IMG/VR virus record: IMGVR_UViG_3300010885_015975
Length of the DNA: 64,000 nucleotides
DNA from: an uncultured virus (IMG/VR IMGVR_UViG_3300010885_015975)
Taxonomy: Duplodnaviria > Heunggongvirae > Uroviricota > Caudoviricetes
Direction: 5' to 3' (one strand)
Shown: positions 37,801 to 48,400 of the stretch, one piece after another
Layout of the letters: the number at the start of each line of letters is the position of its first letter
Position numbering within the stretch: position 1 is the stretch's first letter
Translations under genes and position numbers: made by a program
Notes under the pieces: generated by a model
The model's database searches: none
Told to the model about the DNA's origin: nothing
The model's input: only the letters and a program-made list of their open reading frames with translations

Positions 37801-38012
37801 CACATTATAAATACTTTGCAGTAGATGTTAAAAGTGGTAGAGAAATTGAAGGAAAAGAACAAAATATGAATTCAATTTTAAATCAAGCAGCTGCTATGAA
37901 CTTTGAAATGTTTAGAAGAATCCATCAAACTGGAGACCAAAAAGCTATTTCAAATGCACAACAAAATTTCAGTGCTATAACTAATAACCCTTTTTGGCAA
38001 TATAACAAATAA
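34830..38012 (+). CDS. Cargo/ejection protein, alpha-helical
   Basis: 1060 aa; N-terminal YQPFQPDLNFY..VMQTKQ.QYD pattern and position just before the three giant genes. Confidence 0.65.
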   Translation: MATYLQGVTDYIPDYQPFQPDLNFYGNVMQTKQTQYDTNWQSLNNLYGQLYGADLTHDLNIKKKDELLKQIDFNLKRVSGLDLSLEQNVTQAMQVFKPFYEDKYLMKDMAYTKNWKNTYNSANALKNSQDEKQRKQWWGTGIQGLELRRQMFKDSDLEGTLNMSNAQYTPFVNAVQEYMDLAKKMNVGSVQTLPDQSGLYLVRKKNGELILPTLQNMFLAEYANRPDIQDMYRESAFVERMNYANQNAEKYGGNKLEAEKQYIKEKYDWLKNYASDKNVKAQDDLSTTKSLQGNLEKDVNNGNVNPQQNNYGKSLEDLFAVNTTVADNAQKLNNQINDKQSTAAAQGYDEDILGDIELARLKVDAGFASVRAEQDIMKASGNYATLNQEIEYKANPVGLEFLRDKHARSRQKQAHSDRESEIDRANQAKMYQKAVDYNVKKGYWGFTKDGQLNTNPQSQGFNINLVTPDGTTAEEMSLDAANKYMRDQMISQNATEPVNNLMKFINNGVTSDSFSAAQLAQFVLKLNPSEPTAKRILKEGSKNYKPDIVKVWNQIWSGYKADPNKFTSEKVNSGQIYNVNNLMQSWTAQHSGSGLAQEYFKDQSMIKLDQLARVDDAMNVVRNNNYDKIKTKFTQDLNYIINNVKTKDPEAYKNINDAKIQQAVNLMMSKYALDSHGNTDEFKAMAPEVDAQISHILGFSIGKSTNQKAESKWYNYVVPLTTLPRILGDGRENVKDKASWVADVFDNSFEELAKDMNPESGLQTYPISGTQRSGNKVALAAETGTTLVAPGIAWDPGNQAASQMFSTILSTNWNQDKNKFRISTNGNNLPGSDDDWENTGVTQNEATAIVRELQGRLNSDPELKPFMVHATNMSMESTKLGSMKLTAPRDVIEKVIESMSDGGKPEDLKAKIDKIYQNGITFIAPKNIWDSNPLFSKQFPTPTEVLLRQGPIKYSDPAGNGKYTIEKTPGVGDYSGVGEFYEMMPDGSKNTHYKYFAVDVKSGREIEGKEQNMNSILNQAAAMNFEMFRRIHQTGDQKAISNAQQNFSAITNNPFWQYNK

Positions 38013-38017
38013 TTAAA

Positions 38018-41000
38018 ATGGCTGAAGAAACATTAAGTACTGTAGAGAATTTAAACAATCAACCATCTGCTTTTAATGAGTTGATGGCTAAAAGTGATTT
38101 CTTAAATCCTGCAACTGTAGATCAACCCCTTGCTCCAAAGATTAATTGGAAAGACAATTTTGTAAATCCTACTAATTATATTAAGGATAATACAGCAGGT
38201 GTATCTTCAGACTATTATCCTTCATCTGTAAAAGCAGCTAGAGTAAATGGTGTTAGTCAAGGTGGTTTTGGTGCTATGCTTGATAAAGGTATGGCTGACA
38301 TAAACAGTAAATCAGATGTAGGAAACTATGCTGAACCTTATGCTTTTGATGCATCTCCTAAAGGAACATTTAGAGCAAGGTATAAAGCTTACGGTCAGGA
38401 TACATACAATAAGATTGGATTTCATCCACTTATTGATAATGAAGCTTTATTTAATCAGAATACAACATTTGGAGATGATCTAACAAGATGGGCAACACAT
38501 TCTGCATGGCCTATGTTGACTAAAGGATTTTTGGATCCTATTGATTCTTATAAAAGTATAATAAATGGTAATGGTTTATTTGATGCCAGTGCTGAAAGTG
38601 CAAGAGATTATGAATACTTTAATGCTATTGGAGCATCATCAAAAGGTGGTGCTGGTGGTTTTACAGTAAACTTATTTAACTCAGCAGCTTATTCAATGGG
38701 TATCTTAATGGAAGGTGCTGTAGAAGGAGCTTTGATAGGTGGTTTATTTAGTGGTGGAAATGCTGCTACTGGAGCTATTGAGGGAGGAACTACTTTCCTA
38801 AACAAACTAGGAAGTCTTCCTAAATCATTAATAGAAGCTGCTAAAGGTACAAAAGAATTATTGTCAAGTGTAAAGAACTTTTCTAACCTGAGTAAAGCAA
38901 AAGAATTATTTGGTTCTTCAGCTAAGAACTTTGGTAACTTTATAAATCCTTTAGGTAATACATTACAAGCATACAAACAGTTAAAGAATACTGACAACAT
39001 TACAAACTTAGCAAGAAGTGCAACAACTGCAGGTGCATTGTGGCATGACATGATGAACTTGAACATGGCTCTTTCTGAAGGTAAACTTGAAGGAGGTTTT
39101 ACAAGAGCTCAGACATATGATAGACTGTACAATAAATTTGTACAAGACCATAATGGTAAAGGGCCTAGTTTAGAAGAACAAGAGAGTATGATGAGACAAT
39201 CATCTGAAGGTGCCTTTTTAAATACAGCTACTAATACAGCTCTTATATTTCTTTCTAACAAACATGTGTTTCCTTCAATTACTAATGCTAGTTTCTTAAA
39301 GGGAGCACCAAAGTTTAGTTTTGGTAAAGTGGTTACTAATGTAGGGAAAGATTTCCAAATTCTTTTTCAACCGGGTAAGACTGCACTAGAAGGTACTTTT
39401 GTTAAGCAGAGAATAAACTTAGTTAATGCTATTAAGTCTTTGGCTAAACCTGGTACATATGGTAAAGTTGGTTTAAATTATTTTAAAGCAAACGTTGTAG
39501 AAGGTGGTCAAGAGTTAGCTCAAGATGTATTACAGGAAGCTACACAAAACTATTATGTAGATACATATAATAATCCTGATGCAAGAACTTATAGATATAG
39601 TACTGCTTTACTAGGTGACTCAGTAAAAAAACAATTCAGTTCTCAAGGACTTGAAACATTTTTGTCTGGATTCTTAATGGGTTCTATTTTACAAGCTCCT
39701 GGCCATATAAAAAAATATGCAACTGTTGGGTACAATGATTATCTTAAAAAAGATTCTTCATATAAAGAGTACTTAGATGGTAGAGAAGAACTAGCTGATA
39801 CTGTAGTAGATCAATTAAATACTATGTATAAAAATCCACAGTATTTCTTTGACGATAGAATCAATAATTATGTTAATCAATCTCTGTTAGGTAAAGTAAT
39901 AGATGATCCAGAAAATCAAACTACAAAAGAAATTAGAGATACTGAGTTTGCTGCTTTTCAATCTGCAGTATTAGGTTCATTACAAAACGGAACCTTTAAT
40001 TCTTTCTTAAACCATTATGAAAATTACAAACAAGCTTCAGCAACTGACTTAGAGGAAGCATGGGGTCTAGCTCCTGGTCAAGGTACTAAGGCATTAGAAA
40101 GATTTGATCAGTCATTAGACAATGCAAAAAAGATTGCTACCAGATGGGATACTGCTAAATCTAAAATGAAATTCATGGCCAACTTAGATGACTATGAAAA
40201 AGATACTGAAGAATATAGAATGGCTCAGATTTATAATAAAGCATACAATCAAGCTTTATATAATTATGTTTTCTTACATGAGTCATTTGATAACAATGTA
40301 AAAAGAGAGAAGAAGTTATACGAAACTTTATCTTCCTTATCATCAATTAGAGAGTCTAACTTCTCTGACTTTACATCATTAACTGATCCTAATAAATTAC
40401 AGAGAGAGGTTGAAATGTTAAAGACTGAGGTAGAGAACTTAGAATCTTTTAATACTTCAGAATCAATTAGTGAAGCATCAAGAAAAAGAGAACTTCTTGA
40501 ATTGTATTCTAATTTCCAAGAAAGACAGGAAAGTCTTGTGGATTTATTTGTCAATAAAACATTACTTGATAATATTAAAAATGAAATACTAAGAGAAAAT
40601 CCAGGTATGTCAGATCAAGATGCTTCTTTAGCAAGTATTGATCAAATTGTACAACAGTATGACAATGGAGAAAGTAATGAGTTCTTAGATTACAAAGAAT
40701 CATTTTCTAATTTATTAACTGGTTTAGCTGGTGGTTTTGATAAAAGAATGCAATTAGAACAAGAATTGCAAGAGTTAGGTGGTATTGATGAATTATTTGA
40801 TAGCTTGCTTGATACACATGTATTAAGAAATGAGTCAGCAAGACTTGCTGAACATGTAAATTTACTATCTAATCCAAGAGAGTTCTATGAGCACATTATG
40901 AGAAACTTCAAATTTATGAAGGATCTTTATAATAATAGAGAAGAAATTGTTAAAGATATTGTAAACCAAGAGATATCAGCTATTGAGAAAAATACTTTAT

Positions 41001-44000
41001 TAAACACATTAGCTGATCAAGGAATATTTGTTGATTTAGAGGAGTTTTCTAAATGGTCAAAAGATCCAAGATATTTACCTGAGTTCTTCATTGATGTTAC
41101 AAATAACAGAATGATTAATAAAGGTTCTATTGTTTATGAAGATTACATTGAATTATTTATAAAAGCTGCTGAACTTTCTGAGAAAAAACCAGCTGGTGAT
41201 CCACTTACACAAAAGCAAGTACTTGATAAAAGAATTCAAACACTTGAGGATGAAAGAGGTGATTTATTAAATGCTGAAAGATCTAAATATGATAATAGGT
41301 TCAAAGAAAAATACGGTCTGACTGAAGAAGAATACTTACAACAAGAATCAGAACGTCTTGCTGGTGAAGAACTTACAGATGAAGAAAGAAAAGCACTTGA
41401 GCAGGAAAAAGAATTAGTTACAAAAGCTATTGATAAATTAGCTTCTGATAATTATGTAGATGTTCAAGCTGCTTCTGAAGTTCTTGCTACAGAAGTTTTA
41501 GAAAAACAAGGTCTTAATGCTCAAGAATTTTTTAGTGAGCAGGAAGAGATACAAAAGAATGATAAACAAAAAAATAAAAACATTTTTGATTTATCTCAAA
41601 AGTATGACACTTCTGATATAGATGATCAACAAGAAGCATTTAATACAAGAATTGATGCTGCTCTTAAATCTGTTATCTATGGTGAATATGCTGCTACAAG
41701 ACTTGCTCAAATTGATGCTGAGTTAACTAAAAAACCTGCAGCTCCAACAATTGATGTACCAAAAACAAGAGAATTTTTAGCTTATCAAGAAGCAATAGAT
41801 GCTATTAATGATAAGTATGACAATCTTATTGCTGAAGTAAAAAATGATTTCAGAAAGAAAGGTGTAGATGAAAATACTCCTGATACCTACTCAACTAAAA
41901 CTGAGTTTGAGGATTTTGATTTAGAATTTCAAGATGAGATAACAAAAGCATTTGATGATTATTTAGTTAATGTTTTAGTGGAAACATTAGACATTAAAGT
42001 GAATAATCCAATTGAATATGATAGACTTAGAAGTAACTGGTTAGAAACACAAGGTTCTTTAATTGAATCATTTAATGAGCAGTCTAAACAAAATGCTTTA
42101 GATAAAGCTCAAAGATTGGCTCAACCTCCTGTTCTTAAATTTATTCCTACAAAAATTAATGGTCAAACAACTACATATACTATATCTAGTATAGTAAAAA
42201 GATTTCAAAAGTTTTTAGAAGATGGCCAGTATCCTAATACTAAAAAGAAAGGTGAGTTTATACAGCTGACTCCAGAAGACATTTCAAACATAAAAGATGA
42301 TATAGAAGGTTTAACTGGATATCTTAATGCAAGAGTAACTGCATCTGAGCCCAGAAATATTGCAGAACAAACTACTAATATCATACAGGAATATATTATT
42401 AACAAACAAGACGAACTTGTTGATGTAACTGATGAAGATGGTAATGTCATAGGTAGAACTTTTAGAGATAGAGGTCCTAATGATCCTATGCCAGCACGAT
42501 CTACTCAAGTTGCTGAAGAAGTTGAGACTAACATGTTAGGTAAAGATCCGTTTATATACAATCCATTAAAACCTGGAGTTGATGCTGACGGTAATGCTAC
42601 TGCTGCTCCACTTGAGAATTTATTTAATCAATTCTTTAATGATCCAGAAATTTTACTTGAAGATAGAGTAAGATTATTTATGGAAGCTTTTAAAAGAAAA
42701 GTTTATCAATCACAAGGTGGGTGGAAAGTATTTAGATCAGAAAAGAAATTAAAAACTATTGAAGATGCATTAGGTAATAGACCTACATATGAAAATTTAA
42801 AAAATATAGTTTCAAGAACAGCATTTAGAGAGTTTGCAGATGCAGGAGATGTGGTGGATAACCTAATCAGAGTATTCCTCACCCCTAATGCAGGAACTAA
42901 ATCTAATTTCTCAGAGTTTGATTATGATTCTGAAGTAGAGATAAAAGGTAGACCTGTTAAGATATCAGATGTAATGGCCAGAAAAGTTTTTGACAAACTA
43001 TTTGCACCGGTTACACCAAGTAATCCAGGAGGTATTGTTACTAAGTTTAGACTAGGAATAGTTGATGGTACATATACTATCTTATCAGAGAACGTAAAAC
43101 TATTTGATAAAAATCTACGAGACGGTAATGGTGTAACAGGAGAGCTTGACTTACTTTTAGTAAGAGAAGATGGTTCAGTTGCTATTGTGGATATTAAAAC
43201 TGCAGGTAAAGATAAATGGAAAGAATTTGGAAAAGGTACACTTAAAGATAAGTCTACATATTTCCGTGCTCAACAGTCTATATATGGGTACATGTTCCAC
43301 AATAATACAGCTATTACACCTGACTTGAAGTTAATGCCATTTGAAATTGATGTAACTATTGATGGTTATATTAATGATATTGAACTTGCTTCTATTGTAG
43401 AGGATGGAAAAGATACAATTGATTTAGAATACTTACCAGAAATTGAAAACTACGGTATTACTAAAACAACGCCTGAAATTAAAGCACCTATTAAAAGAGA
43501 GACTGCTAAAGAAGCTACTACAAATCCAGGTATTGAAGAATCTGATCCAACTAAAAATAAAATTATTGATAATGTAAATAAACCAATTATTTTAAATGGT
43601 AGAGTTGGTAAATTAGTAACAATGCCTGATGGATCTTTTGGTATTGAAGTAACTGTAAATAATGATATTTCAACACTACAACTTACATTAGATACTTTAC
43701 AAGCTAACTTAACAGTAGAAAAAAAATACGGTACTGAAGAAACACTTCAAGCATTAGAGAAAGATATCAAAAAGATATCTGATGCAATTAATTCAGCAGA
43801 AGGACTTACTGAAGTATATCCATTACAAAAAGATAGTTTAAAGGTATATGATGGAGAAATAACTTTGAATGAAGCTGGTGTAAGTTTAGTAATACAAACT
43901 GAAAATGTTGGCCAAGTTTCAACTGTAAATGGTCGAGTTATTAATGCAGCATTCTCTAATAATGATGATACTATTGCAACCATTAATGGTGTAAGGTATG

Positions 44001-45409
44001 ATGTATTAAGAGACAAAACTGGAACTATAACAGTATTAAGTTACATGTCTAATGACGAAACAATAAGTAAAATTGATAAACAGATTGGTGGGCTTTCTCA
44101 AAAAATTGGAAACCTACGTAACTTTGTCTCTACAGAAGATATAGACTCTGATAAAAGAGATGCTTTAATTACTAGGATTGCTAAACTACAAGATCAAATT
44201 AAACAACTAAATAATAAAAGAGTATCTCTTGCTGAATCAAACAAAAAGATGTTTGTATATGGAGAGAATGCTGATGATTACATTTTTGCTTTAAATAGAT
44301 TACCAAATAGTTTCCAGAGACTGACTAGAGATACTACAAAAGCAAATGAAACACAAGACTTAAAAGCAATAGATAACTTATCTTTATCACGTACTATTGG
44401 TACAGCAATAACAGAAATATTAAGTGCTGAATATCCAGATGTATTAGATACTTTGATAGAGAGTGGAGTTCAAGGCTTAAAGAAATCAGATCTAAACACT
44501 ATTACAAACTGGGCTAAAGACACTATTCAAAAATTAGAGTCATTAGGTTACACTGTAATTAATCGTGGAGATATAGTAGATGATATTACTAATCAAATTA
44601 ATGCATTGAATGATTTACTTAATGACATGCAATTAATTAATTTAACTAAGAATGGAAGAATTAGCAAAAAACAAGAAGCAGCCGACCAAGTCTTTGGGCC
44701 AGGATCAGCAGAAGTACAGAAAGGGTCTAGTGTACCTGAGAATGAAAGGTCTAGCAGAAAACCAGCAGAAGGAGTTTCTAGACCAGCTACAACAACGGAA
44801 CTTAAAGACCTTGTCAAACAAGCAAGAGAAGAAAGTTTAGGTGAAACTTTTGAAGAACCTGTAGAAGCTCAAGAAGAATTGGATTCTGTTGAAGATATAA
44901 ATAATGCTACACTAGATACTATTGAAAAAGTCTATGAGCAAGCATTTTTAGATGCAGTTAAAAACAATGAAGATACTACTCCAATAAGGGAAGCTTATCT
45001 TAATAGATTACAAGAATTAAAAACAATTGTTTCTATTCAAAATATTGCTGTTGATGAGTATCTTATAAGTAAAAATCCTATCTTTACTGACTTCTCTGGT
45101 GAGGAAGTTATAGTGGTAAAAAAGAATAAAGATTCCGTTAAATTGAAAAATATTAAGACTGAAGAATCAAGAGATTTTACTGAAGCAGAACTTATAGAAA
45201 ATTTTGAAAAAATAACTATGGAAGCAACACAACCTGAAGCAAATGTAGAAATAACTCCTGTAGATATTGAAGATTCTAATGAATCAAAAGATACTATCAA
45301 AGATATTCAAAATGATGCACCAGCACTTGCTGAAGCAAAAGAAAAATCAAAAGCATCTGATAAAAAATCAAGATTAAATAAATTAGCTGATAATTCAAAA
45401 ACTTGTTAA
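38018..45409 (+). CDS. Giant virion ejection protein with Gly-rich membrane segment and PD-(D/E)XK nuclease-like domain
   Basis: 2463 aa; GILMEGAVEGALIGGLFSGG; GELDLLLVREDGSVAIVDIKT...Y.AQQSIYGYM. Confidence 0.75.
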   Translation: MAEETLSTVENLNNQPSAFNELMAKSDFLNPATVDQPLAPKINWKDNFVNPTNYIKDNTAGVSSDYYPSSVKAARVNGVSQGGFGAMLDKGMADINSKSDVGNYAEPYAFDASPKGTFRARYKAYGQDTYNKIGFHPLIDNEALFNQNTTFGDDLTRWATHSAWPMLTKGFLDPIDSYKSIINGNGLFDASAESARDYEYFNAIGASSKGGAGGFTVNLFNSAAYSMGILMEGAVEGALIGGLFSGGNAATGAIEGGTTFLNKLGSLPKSLIEAAKGTKELLSSVKNFSNLSKAKELFGSSAKNFGNFINPLGNTLQAYKQLKNTDNITNLARSATTAGALWHDMMNLNMALSEGKLEGGFTRAQTYDRLYNKFVQDHNGKGPSLEEQESMMRQSSEGAFLNTATNTALIFLSNKHVFPSITNASFLKGAPKFSFGKVVTNVGKDFQILFQPGKTALEGTFVKQRINLVNAIKSLAKPGTYGKVGLNYFKANVVEGGQELAQDVLQEATQNYYVDTYNNPDARTYRYSTALLGDSVKKQFSSQGLETFLSGFLMGSILQAPGHIKKYATVGYNDYLKKDSSYKEYLDGREELADTVVDQLNTMYKNPQYFFDDRINNYVNQSLLGKVIDDPENQTTKEIRDTEFAAFQSAVLGSLQNGTFNSFLNHYENYKQASATDLEEAWGLAPGQGTKALERFDQSLDNAKKIATRWDTAKSKMKFMANLDDYEKDTEEYRMAQIYNKAYNQALYNYVFLHESFDNNVKREKKLYETLSSLSSIRESNFSDFTSLTDPNKLQREVEMLKTEVENLESFNTSESISEASRKRELLELYSNFQERQESLVDLFVNKTLLDNIKNEILRENPGMSDQDASLASIDQIVQQYDNGESNEFLDYKESFSNLLTGLAGGFDKRMQLEQELQELGGIDELFDSLLDTHVLRNESARLAEHVNLLSNPREFYEHIMRNFKFMKDLYNNREEIVKDIVNQEISAIEKNTLLNTLADQGIFVDLEEFSKWSKDPRYLPEFFIDVTNNRMINKGSIVYEDYIELFIKAAELSEKKPAGDPLTQKQVLDKRIQTLEDERGDLLNAERSKYDNRFKEKYGLTEEEYLQQESERLAGEELTDEERKALEQEKELVTKAIDKLASDNYVDVQAASEVLATEVLEKQGLNAQEFFSEQEEIQKNDKQKNKNIFDLSQKYDTSDIDDQQEAFNTRIDAALKSVIYGEYAATRLAQIDAELTKKPAAPTIDVPKTREFLAYQEAIDAINDKYDNLIAEVKNDFRKKGVDENTPDTYSTKTEFEDFDLEFQDEITKAFDDYLVNVLVETLDIKVNNPIEYDRLRSNWLETQGSLIESFNEQSKQNALDKAQRLAQPPVLKFIPTKINGQTTTYTISSIVKRFQKFLEDGQYPNTKKKGEFIQLTPEDISNIKDDIEGLTGYLNARVTASEPRNIAEQTTNIIQEYIINKQDELVDVTDEDGNVIGRTFRDRGPNDPMPARSTQVAEEVETNMLGKDPFIYNPLKPGVDADGNATAAPLENLFNQFFNDPEILLEDRVRLFMEAFKRKVYQSQGGWKVFRSEKKLKTIEDALGNRPTYENLKNIVSRTAFREFADAGDVVDNLIRVFLTPNAGTKSNFSEFDYDSEVEIKGRPVKISDVMARKVFDKLFAPVTPSNPGGIVTKFRLGIVDGTYTILSENVKLFDKNLRDGNGVTGELDLLLVREDGSVAIVDIKTAGKDKWKEFGKGTLKDKSTYFRAQQSIYGYMFHNNTAITPDLKLMPFEIDVTIDGYINDIELASIVEDGKDTIDLEYLPEIENYGITKTTPEIKAPIKRETAKEATTNPGIEESDPTKNKIIDNVNKPIILNGRVGKLVTMPDGSFGIEVTVNNDISTLQLTLDTLQANLTVEKKYGTEETLQALEKDIKKISDAINSAEGLTEVYPLQKDSLKVYDGEITLNEAGVSLVIQTENVGQVSTVNGRVINAAFSNNDDTIATINGVRYDVLRDKTGTITVLSYMSNDETISKIDKQIGGLSQKIGNLRNFVSTEDIDSDKRDALITRIAKLQDQIKQLNNKRVSLAESNKKMFVYGENADDYIFALNRLPNSFQRLTRDTTKANETQDLKAIDNLSLSRTIGTAITEILSAEYPDVLDTLIESGVQGLKKSDLNTITNWAKDTIQKLESLGYTVINRGDIVDDITNQINALNDLLNDMQLINLTKNGRISKKQEAADQVFGPGSAEVQKGSSVPENERSSRKPAEGVSRPATTTELKDLVKQAREESLGETFEEPVEAQEELDSVEDINNATLDTIEKVYEQAFLDAVKNNEDTTPIREAYLNRLQELKTIVSIQNIAVDEYLISKNPIFTDFSGEEVIVVKKNKDSVKLKNIKTEESRDFTEAELIENFEKITMEATQPEANVEITPVDIEDSNESKDTIKDIQNDAPALAEAKEKSKASDKKSRLNKLADNSKTC

Positions 45410-45410
45410 A

Positions 45411-48400
45411 ATGGCATGTAGTTTAAATAGAGAACAGGTATTAGATTTATATGAAGTACTTTATGGTGAAGTATCTGATAGATTAGGTGATTCTGAATTA
45501 CCTGCAATTGACTTGAATAAAATTGTTCAAGATACATACAATGTTGTAAAAGAAGCTACAGGAGATCAAGTTAAAGCTATGTTATATGCACAAGCTATTC
45601 CTGATGTATTTCATTTAGTTACTCAAGACAATGAAGCTAATGATTATCTAGTAGATAATGGTTTTGATTTTACTGCTCTTGCAAAAATGAGAAAAAAATA
45701 TGCTGATCTTACTGAGGTAGGGAAAGATATTGCAACTAAAAAAAAAGGTAAACAACAGATTGATTCTGAAATTAAAAATACAAACAAAACTAAAAAAGAC
45801 TTTGTTCCTGAAGTAGACGAGAAAGAGTTCTGGTCATTCAATGAAGATAATGGTGCTAAGGTATCAACTCCTTGGGCTACATCTATTCAAATTGCATTTG
45901 CTGGAAATCCTGAAACTTTATCTGAGGAAGAAAGGAACAACATAGATCCTGAAAAGAAATTATTTTCTGATGTAGTTAAAGCTATAGTAGAAATAGCTAA
46001 ACAAAGAACGGGCACAGAAGAGATTGAATATAATGGAGTAATACTTGCTTTGACTACTCAGTTAACAAGAAACATTTCTCCTGAACTATTGACTGCTGAT
46101 GATAGGGCATTCCTAGAGAAGAATCCTAATGATACTGGTATAGCTGCTGTTATTACAGATTCAAAAGGAAGTCTTGTATATTTTAAACCGGATGGTACAA
46201 TTACAGACAATCCTGCAGAGGGTAAGATTGTTTATCAGTACCTTAGAAAAATAAATCTTGTTGACGGTAAATTATTATTGTCTAATAGAAGTAATCGTCA
46301 TTATAATCTTGTACAACCAGAAGTTATTGCTAGAAGACAAGCAGACATAATTGAACAAGAAAGTAATGGTAAAGTAAAAGTAACAGAAGCTGAATTTCAA
46401 AAATTAGTTAAGTCTATTAAAGATCGTCAAGATAGAGAAATGAATGAGCTCTATCAGTTAAGAAAATTAATTGAAGAGTCTAATGGAGATTTACAAATCA
46501 TTCTTCCAATATTAGGAGGAACATTTGGTATACCGAGAACTGCAGTTAAGACTATGACTTTAGAAGAAGCAGGTCTTACTGAAGAGGATATTAAAAACTA
46601 TACTGGTATTACAACTGGTAAAGATAGTGGTAAACAATATGTTATCATTCAAAAAACTAAAGCTGGAGGATTAAATGTTGATCAAGAAGTATTTTTACAA
46701 AGATCAGATATTGATCAATCTTTGGCTGAACAACTTGCAACAGTATTAACTACTACAGCAAAGTTAAAAGGAAGAGAGTTAACACCTGATGAAAGAAAAG
46801 CATACTTTGAAATCTTCATAAACAATGCTTTAATGAAGGATCCTAAAACAGGATACAAAACAAATCTTCCATATAACAGAGATAGAATTAGAGCAAAAGT
46901 TCTTATTGTAAATAATGAAAAAACATTTTTTGTAGAACTTAATGGTAAAGAAATACCTCAAGATGTTCTTTTTACAGAAACTGGTAAAAAACTTATTGTA
47001 GAACACTTATTAAGTGCTAGACCAAAAGACAAAGTTAAAGATGAATTCTGGCCAGCTAATGTGCAATACAATAATAAGTATAAAGGTAAAACTTTTACAG
47101 AGTACACTATTGAAGGTGATAAGATAACTGAATCTTCTAAGGATTATTTTGATGCTATTAAACCATATGTCAAAGTTACTTATACAACAGAGACTAATGC
47201 TTATGAGAATGGTATGAATGCTTATCTTACTTATGCAATACCTGAAGGTACTGTTGAGTTTGATGGAATTATTCCTGTTGGTAGACCAAAACCTACTCAG
47301 TCTCAACCTACTACTAAAGCTAAAGTTGATAAAGAAGCACCAAAAGCTTTTCCAAAAAAACAACCTAGAACAAAACAAGTAACTGCAACAAAAACTTCTC
47401 CTAAAACAGAAACTGAAGCTAAAGCAATAAACATTCAAAATAATCCAGCAACTAGAGTAAGCTTACTAGATGATATCATTAATGGTTCATCTAACAGTGC
47501 TTTATATAAAAAGAAAGGATTAGATAGATCTAAACTTAGAGATAAGTTTTTAGATAAAGTATTTACATCTAAAGCTGATAGACAAAAAGCTGAAACATGG
47601 TGGAAGAACTCTCCTTTAAGTAAGTTCATTAGTCTTGAAAGAATGACTGAAGTAGTAAACTCAGATGCATTTGCTACATGGTCTGGTTATGGTATTACTC
47701 TATACGAAGCTGATGGTGGTACTATGGTTGATGTTTATCATGAAGCATGGCATGGTTTCTCTCAATTATTTTTAACATTAGATCAAAAGATTGAGTTGTA
47801 TGAAAAGGTTTCAAAACTTCCTAAATATAAAGGAAAAACTTTTTCTAAGCAGGAAGATTATGAGGAAATAGAAGAAGACATAGCAGAAGAGTTTAGATCA
47901 TATGCTAAGTCAAAGGGTAAAAAAGAAGTAAAAGGTTTTTTTGCTAAAATCTTTGACACAATATATAAATTTTTACAAAAAATATTTGGAAAAACTACTA
48001 AAAAAGAAGTTGCTACAAACTTACAAGATATTGAATCAGTAAAAGAATTGTTTGATAATTTATACAGAGCCTCAGAAAATCCAGAGATTCTATCAAATTT
48101 AAAACCTTCTATGGATAATGTTATGTTTGGGAAACTAAACAGAAGCAAGATTATCAATGATAATTTTACATTAGAAGAGTCTAAGAAAATTTCTGATGCA
48201 ATGGATAGCATGATGTCTGTTATATTCCAAGCTCATAATAGAGACTTTAATACAACAGCTGCAGCATTAAAACTTCTTAAAGATCCTGAGAATAAGACAG
48301 ATCTTTATAAAGATATATATGATAGATTTGAAAGATTAAGAATTGCTTATGTTTCTGATTTAGAGGCAGATGATGAGTTACTTACTGATCCTAAGTTTTT

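Noticed and set aside
43139..43300. Cas4 / CRISPR adaptation gene
   Set aside because: No Fe-S cysteines, cas genes or array; it is an internal domain of a virion protein.
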